Shown here piece after piece: positions 56,293 through 64,000 of a DNA stretch of 64,000 bases. Position 1 is the first letter of the stretch, and each line of letters begins with the position of its first letter. The position numbers and the translations under genes are program-made. Origin of the DNA: Eledone cirrhosa (taxonomy: Eukaryota); contig OZ024742.1 in NCBI GenBank assembly GCA_964016885.1, forward strand, positions 315,766,001-315,830,000, read 5' to 3'. Below the pieces are notes generated by a model. That model did not search any database, was not told the DNA's origin, and was given only the letters and a program-made list of their open reading frames with translations.

Positions 56293-56466
56293 CAGCAGCA
56301 GCAGCAGTAGTAGCAGTAGCAGCAGTAGTAGCAGCAGTAGTAGTAGTAGTTGTAGTAGAAGTAGAAGCATCACCAGCAGCAGCAACTGTAGTAGTATTAG
56401 TAGCAGAGCAGTAGCAGCAGTAGCAGCAGTAGCAGCAGTAGCAGCAGCAGCAGTAGCAGCAGTAGT

Positions 56467-56504
<38 letters not shown>

Positions 56505-56512
56505 TAGTAGTA
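56213..56512. repeat. Compound (GTA)n/(GCA)n microsatellite
   Basis: Direct sequence. Confidence 0.9.
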
Positions 56513-58499
56513 TAGTACCAGCCCCAATAGCAGTAGAGCATGCAATGATAACAACAGCTTCAATCAAATCTAGGTTTAGTTGAAGGTTACTGAGAAATAC
56601 TTTATGACTATTTCTGCAAACATTATGAACACTACCTTATCTCTGCTTCTCGTCCCAGTTCGATTGGTCTTAAAATAGCAATGCATCATTGTACGAATGA
56701 AGGAGAAAAAAACAATATATCGAAGAACCCACAAAACAAAACATTGGCTTCATTCCCGCTCCCTGAGGAAGTTTGCCAATGGACTAAGCAGTAGCTATGT
56801 TGTTTATTTTCATTTCATTTCACAATGAGTTTTTAGCAAATTGTCTTCAAAATTATACGTATATAAGTACATATATCTTGTTTTAAAAAACTATTTTCTC
56901 ACAGACCAAATGGACACAAAATAACCCATCTATTTATTTATCTGCGTATTTACCACCTAACATTACACGAGTTTATCAATACAAGTACTTGACTGACTAG
57001 GCTGTTCAGTTGAACAACGAGAACTTTCATTGTCGAAACCGACGGAGGATAATTTATTTTAATTTATATGTATGTGTGTTTGTATGTTCTAATGGTTTTA
57101 TAGTTTTATACATTTTTACCACTAGAGAGAGAGTCGATTTCTAACATAGATACAATACTCTCTCATTGGAATTTAAACATCAACTAGGTGGATATGTCTG
57201 CATGTCTGCATGCATGCGCTTGTGTGTGTAGGTATGGATGTCATTGTATGTATGTATGTATGTATGTATGTACAACTTGTCGCATGGTCGTCGGCGACTA
57301 AACCGGCAACCTCACCAAGTTTACTTGGTGAGGAGGGAGATTTTGGACCCCCTGCATGACAAAAACAAAACCTGACAAAGAGCGGAAGAACTCATAAGAG
57401 TCAACGGCCATCCGAATGTGTGTAAATATGTATACACACATGTACCGCATGGTTAAACCACTAGCAGTGAAGGACCCCTAGCCTTTGTCAGGGCATTCTT
57501 CTGGGAGAAGGCAACTCAGGAAACTGGGATAACTCTGATATAAAACCTGCGGCTCAGTAGTTACCGATGAGGTTGATCTTTTCTTCTTTTCGGGTTATAG
57601 CTACTGTCACTCAGAGAGTGGGATTGGCTCAGTGCACAGTCTTTCCTCACTTTAAAAAATATCTTCACGCACAGGCATTGCACGATAGAATTAATTAATA
57701 ATTATTAATAATGGTATATCGTGCAATGGCCATACTCGATAATGAGGGTACAGCCATCATATATGTATGTATGTATGTATGTGTGTGTATGTATGTATGT
57801 ACGATTATTTTCAGATTATTTAAGGTCTTTTCATAATTCAACTCTGTCACTGATGAAGACAAAAGACATTTTTATTTGAGTCAAAACGACAGTTCCAGGT
57901 ATTTGTAAATAAGAGAACGAACTAGTGTGCGTTCATATGTAGGTCTATGTACTTGCATTCATATTATGAGGGATATGTCTTTCTAGAGCATGTGCTTTTG
58001 TGTATGCGCGTGATTACTCTTTATGTATGTATCTGCATCATGTATGTATCTGTATATGTGTATGAGTATGTATCTGTATCATATGTAAGCATGTAATTGT
58101 GTACATTCGTGGCAGAAAATTAAAAATAAATAATCTTTAGAACGTGTTTAGGCAGAGTTATCAAGCACGTCTTCCAGGGGTTCCTATCAGAAGTAACCAT
58201 CTCCAATTAAACCAGGTGGATCCCTAAGCGAGACCAGCGGAGCTCATGGAGGTTAATAAATCATCTTTCTCAAGCTCTGTCCCTTTGTTTCCTACCGGTA
58301 GGGTTTGTCCGTAAAATCTGTCCAGCGATCCTTCCCTTAGAATTTCTGACCACATGTCCTTAGTATCGGAGCAGTGAGCTCTCAATTCGAAGTAGCGGCT
58401 CTACCTGGAGAGACTCTCTGATTTCCGAGCTACGTATCCTATCAAATAACGGTACTACAAAGTCCCTTCAGAAGAATCCCATTTCGGCCGTTTGTATTC

Positions 58500-58810
58500 A
58501 CGATCGTATTCTTTTTATCCAATGTTCTTATTATAATAGGTACAAATGTAAACTGATAGCCAGGATACAAGAACTGTAGATTTCGATTTAGCTCACCATA
58601 GATGTTTTTATTTTCTCAACCGTATATGACACATTCATATCTATTAAGAAGCTGACCTCTAAAACAGTACATAGTATTTCTTCCCTGTCCTATAGAACTA
58701 TATCAAGTCTGTTGTTTTAGTATAGGATTGCGTTTTTTTTAAATTAAAATTGTCCACCAGTATTTCTTAGTTTTAAATATTCTAGATCTGGTTCTGCTGT
58801 GTGCGTGTGT

Positions 58811-58882
<72 letters not shown>

Positions 58883-59840
58883 TGTGTCTGCATAACTGTT
58901 AGTGCATTCCTTCTTGCAAATGGTATTGTTAATAGTTTTCTCAACTATATGGTGTCCCATGGGAAAGTAGTACGTTGTGAAAAATTTCGGACAATCATTG
59001 ATATGACACAATTCTCATTTTCTATTGCATCGCTGGGGTTTGGAAGCATCCATATCTCCCCTATTGATCAGGAATTTAGTAGATACCTCCTGTACCTGAA
59101 TAACAGGTGGAATCGATGTAACTATCACTTGACCAGGTTACTCGCCCTGTTAGTGTTGTCGGTATCTTCTTGCTTGCAGGGTATTTACGCATGCATTACT
59201 TTCTGCTGGTTTGATAACTGCTTTTTATCAGTTTTTGTTTTTAAACAGTGGTTAGTCTCGCTACCCTTGGGTCATATGGAACAATTGTGAACTCAAATTT
59301 CAAGAGTCCCTCATCAACTATCAAGATGATATTGTATTCATTGCTGAGTACGTATTACGTCTTATATAATGTGGACAGCTTAGAAGTCCATAATTTTCAA
59401 AGTCTGCTTTGGTATAACCTAGTTCATCTCGCTTTATTCACAGCACCGACCTATGCAACATTCTCATAAATTCAATGTCTTGTAATATTTGCCATTGGCG
59501 ATCAAGGAGGAGAATTTCTATCCATATTCTTGGCCTGGTCGTAAATATTCATCATGTTGACTACCAAATATGAGCTTTTGTCCTGCCCAAATACCATTTC
59601 TATGTTCCTTAATAGTGTTGTGGCCAGCTCTAACTATCTCTTAGAGCTCTGAATATTACCTGCATACAGCTTAAGGTCATCAATGAGTGATATAGATTGT
59701 TCTTCCTTCATCCAGTTCTAGCATGTAACATTGGTATTTCTTCATTAGAGTAGATAAGAGGTCCATTGGCAGCATAAACAACATTACATATGAGCTGTCA
59801 CTCTATAATATTTCTATCAATAATCCAATTCTGACGGTGA
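58500..59840 (-). mobile_element. Old R4/Dong-clade LINE (RT, CCHC region, RLE), interrupted by (TG)n
   Basis: IDDLKLYAGN..IEMVFGQDK; HINDCPK..YYFPMGHHIVEK; NNRLDIVL*DREE..CTVLEVS..YGELNRNLQFLYPGYQFTFVPIII. Confidence 0.75.
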
Positions 59841-60364
59841 GTACAGCTGTTGTAGAATTTCGATGCAGCTGAGTGGACCGATCGCTTCCACCATGGCTGA
59901 TGGAACTTACACACATATATGTATGTAAGTGTGTGTATATTTATTTACACATATTATTATATATTATGTTAGATTGGCAGTATTTGTCCCCCCTCCCCCC
60001 AATTCAGAAATGCTTCCATCGCTCCTGAGTATGTATATGCAGTGCTTTTAAATTGGTGATTACTACACATTTACTCAATGGTATCTTTACAACATGTATG
60101 GATCAGCCTTTCAATAGTTCATAGTTTATATTAAAAAAATATGGTAGTTAATTACAGTAATGTCTAAACATATAAATTTCTTATATATTTGTCTGTTTAG
60201 TGAAAAAGGTAATGAAATATGAAACCGAAAGCCTGTGATGGCAGCTAATATAACAACAAACATTACTACTATTCTGCAAAACAACGGCAAATCTAACACA
60301 CACACTACCTTACACCAACTCATATCTACATTTAGGGAGATATTTAGATTAAATGTTTAAGAGG

Positions 60365-60456
<92 letters not shown>

Positions 60457-60482
60457 CATACACACACACATATATATATGTA

Positions 60483-60545
<63 letters not shown>

Positions 60546-60546
60546 T

Positions 60547-60607
<61 letters not shown>

Positions 60608-60893
60608 AGAGAGAAAGAGAGACAGTGAGAGAGAGAGAGAGAGTGAGTGAGTGAGAGAGAGAGAGATTGGGAGAGAGACGTGAGAAGATTAATAGAGGAA
60701 ACTTATTTCATAACAACAGCGCAAAACAATATTAGCTAGGTAGGCAACAGAGCTATTTTCTGATTGTTTCGATCCAGTTAGCTGGTCATTCTAAAACTTA
60801 GCTGCCAATCTTAACCTAATATAATGCAAACGAAAGCTTGCCTAAAATCTTTGATATAATATACACATGCACGCAAGCATGCATAAGCGCCCC

Positions 60894-60950
<57 letters not shown>

Positions 60951-61202
60951 CATATATATACATACACACATATATATATATATATATATGTGAGTGTGTG
61001 TGTGAGTGTATAAGTCAACTGATATAATTAATCTATTATAAATATTGTGTTTAATGACACCTATGAAAGAAAAGTTATTCTCTACTTACCCACACAGACG
61101 TATACGTGCACAGGTATACATGCACACACATGTACACACACACACACACACGCACGTACACACAGACACAGACACACAGACACAGACACACAGACACAGC
61201 AG

Positions 61203-61241
<39 letters not shown>

Positions 61242-61367
61242 CATATTTATGTCCGAGAGTAGCGTTCTGCATCAAGTCCCTCTTCAACATCTTAATCGCG
61301 TATTTCCCCCGGCATCATTTATACTTCAGCAAACATATCTCAACTACCTCGCTTACATTTTAAAGGT

Positions 61368-61416
<49 letters not shown>

Positions 61417-61436
61417 CACTACCACCACCAAAGTTG

Positions 61437-62176
61437 TCGCCCTTGCTCTTTGCTTAAAAACACCAAACGATTCTGGAAAGCAATCTAAATTGATTATTTA
61501 GGTAGAAAACCTGGATACTTAAGTTAAAGCCAATCTTATAAAAACTGGAAAGCATATCTTCTACTAATTTAATGAAGTTGTCTGTCTTATGGTTGACAGA
61601 AAAGCTTTTGACAACTTGAACAATCGCTGACCTATCATAGAATTCAGAAATATCCATTGAATATATGATATGCGAATCTTTTAATAGCTCACCTACCTTT
61701 GTACTATAAAACTCCCGTTTTAAGTTTTTTTCTGTGCTCAACTCCGTCCAGGGAATTTACTGATTAAGTAGCCAAAGCAGACAATTTCTTTGTTCAATGC
61801 CTTTATTTTTAGCTTTTATTCTAAAATAAACCACGATTGAATTTATAGCATGTAATATATTAATAGTATTAATATTATTGTTAGTTCTGTATCAGAACAG
61901 CAGTTAATTAATTACTTAGGGATGACAAAACAAATATGATACTATTTTTAGTATCAGTGACTCAAATATAATCAAACATAAGTCTAAATTTAAGCCATCA
62001 AAACATAATGGCTATTGATGTCCTTAATTTCAATACACCGGCATAAAAAGGGGCATGCTGTATCTCGAAAAACTAGAGCTGATACGACAGAATTGATGGT
62101 ATGCTTTGAATTAGTTCCCCACTATACCAAATAATTGGTCCAACTTCTTAGGTAACACAATGTGTGTTGGTCAGTG
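61437..62176 (-). mobile_element. DNA transposon remnant, probably Chapaev3/CMC-like
   Basis: VQVVKSFSVNHKTDNFIKLVEDML..IGFNLSIQVFYLNNQ..FPESFG; CACTGACCAAC terminus; family assigned from motif recall only. Confidence 0.5.
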
Positions 62177-62389
62177 TTCTATAACATCTGGAATAATCAA
62201 AAAGGCATTTTCTCGCCTCTATAACCAGAGCCAATCTTTTTATACAAACAAATAAATATAAACTCTACTAGACGTTTTGTGCCCCCTCTCTCTCTATATA
62301 TATATATACATATATATATACATATATATATATTAAAAAAAACGATGGAGTTTCGTTTACATGTATTTAGATTTTTATTGTGTATCGAT

Positions 62390-62477
62390 CTGTTACGCGC
62401 GTTTCGCAGAGGATTGGCTCAGGGTCATTCATAGGAGTTATTTACCCAACTCCATTATCGATTTTCTCTTCAGACTG
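62390..62477 (-). ncRNA. Probable hammerhead with long, eroded stem II
   Basis: CAGT-CTGAAGA-G...C-GAAA-CGCGCG-TA-ACAG; palindromic stem III; near a (TA)n tract. Confidence 0.55.
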
Positions 62478-62580
62478 GCGATGTGGCAAAAAATATCGCG
62501 TTTTTTTTCAATATATACACTCCGCCTGTGCATAGAGTGCTTGTTTCGTAACCACCACCAGTAATTCACTGAATCACCTA

Positions 62581-62627
<47 letters not shown>

Positions 62628-62644
62628 CACACACACACACACAC

Positions 62645-62710
<66 letters not shown>

Positions 62711-64000
62711 TATACACGCACATGCACAAAAAACAAATATACATACAATTTAATGTATATGAGTGTGTCAGTGTAAGATTGATGTAGGATGTAGTTTTAC
62801 ACATACACTAAAGATTCTAGGAGACTCTTTACAGTAGGTGTTTCAAACAGACAAAAATAAACTGTTGGCTATACATGATACTCATTCCCTGACCATACCA
62901 CACTACATAACACACACACACACACAAAACAAAAAAAAAAACAAAAAAAAAACAAAAAACAAAAGTCAAATCAAAAACAATCAAACAAAAACAATAACAA
63001 AGCCAAAACAGAAAGTAGTAAGGAAAAGAATGGAAACAGGTAAAGTCTAGAAAGAAGAAAGAAAGGTAGGGAGGAGGGAAGGAAGAAAGGTCGAGAAAAA
63101 AACCGGACATTTCAAGCAAAGTTTGTAATTATAAGGTAATGTCTCGACAACGTTGAAGATCAGTGACTAAGTACGTTTCATTTAGACAGAATTAAATTAA
63201 CAGAAAAAGAAAAAAACAGGAATGAAAAAAAAAACATACACATTCCCAATTGTTGTTTACAAAAAAAGTCAAATAAAGAAAGAAAAATTACAAATAATAT
63301 AAAAATAAATGGAATGGATGGAATGGACCTCCGTTGGCTTTGACGATGAGTATTCCAGATGTTCGTTCAATGGAACAGTCAGCTCTTAAAATCAACGTGC
63401 AAGCGGCTGTGTATTCTACAAGACACGTCCTTCTCTTAACGTAATTCTCAGAGAAATTCAACGTGATACTGTGTATGAAAAGACTAACTCTTTGGATTAC
63501 AGTTATAGTCCATTTGATGAGCTTCCAAACATTTTCTGTCTTCTCAATTTCACTCACATGACATGCAATGGGATCAAACCGAAATTGGATCAAAGAAAGT
63601 ATGTTTCTATTGACATTTCTATTGCTGTCACTATTTGCTGGCCACAACGTCTAGCTGCATGATAGGAGGTGGGATTTCAACACAAAACGCACAAATTGGT
63701 ATCATGTCTGGTACTTTAAAAATTCCACCAATCCACCACCCTTGGACTGGTACTTTATTTAACGAAACCAAAAAGATGAAAGGCAAAGTTTCCTTCGGCG
63801 GATTTAAACTCAGAGCGCACCGAACCGAGAGAAATACCGAGATATTTAATCCGACCCTCTAACAACTCTGCAAATTCACCCCCTATAACGTAATAAATAA
63901 ATAAATAACATATATTTTATTAACAGTATTTCAACGCTAAAAGAAATTGAGGTAAAAATAAATTGTTTAAAAAAAAAAAAAATTTCTTTTGGCGCCAGGC

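Noticed and set aside
57845-57900. CTGATGA-AGAC...GTC-AAAA motif
   Set aside because: GAAA, stem III and stem I are not supported; could be chance

Overview
Animal genomic DNA, AT-rich and dense in microsatellites; the abundant tRNA-headed Deu/Nin-type SINE suggests an octopus or other cephalopod (inference). No host protein-coding gene is recognisable, and the window is almost entirely repeats. It holds two head-to-tail clusters of Tx1-clade (L1-group) LINEs, one sitting in (ATCT)n (1-9515) and one in (ATT)n (20901-28048). There are also decayed R4/Dong, CRE, CR1-group, RTE and Penelope retroelements, two hAT transposase pseudogenes, Helitron derivatives and a Chapaev3-like remnant. Two signals stand out. 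(1) About 20 type I hammerhead-ribozyme motifs from at least 10 distinct small non-coding element families lie between (TA)n tracts. They have palindromic stem III, C3G8 and U3A8 cores, fold-back inverted duplications or circular-permutation-like terminal repeats, which suggests a Penelope-driven retrozyme-like system. (2) All five Tx1 3' UTRs share a multi-hairpin structure with a covarying long-range pairing (pseudoknot). All folds and alignments were done by eye, and element boundaries are approximate.
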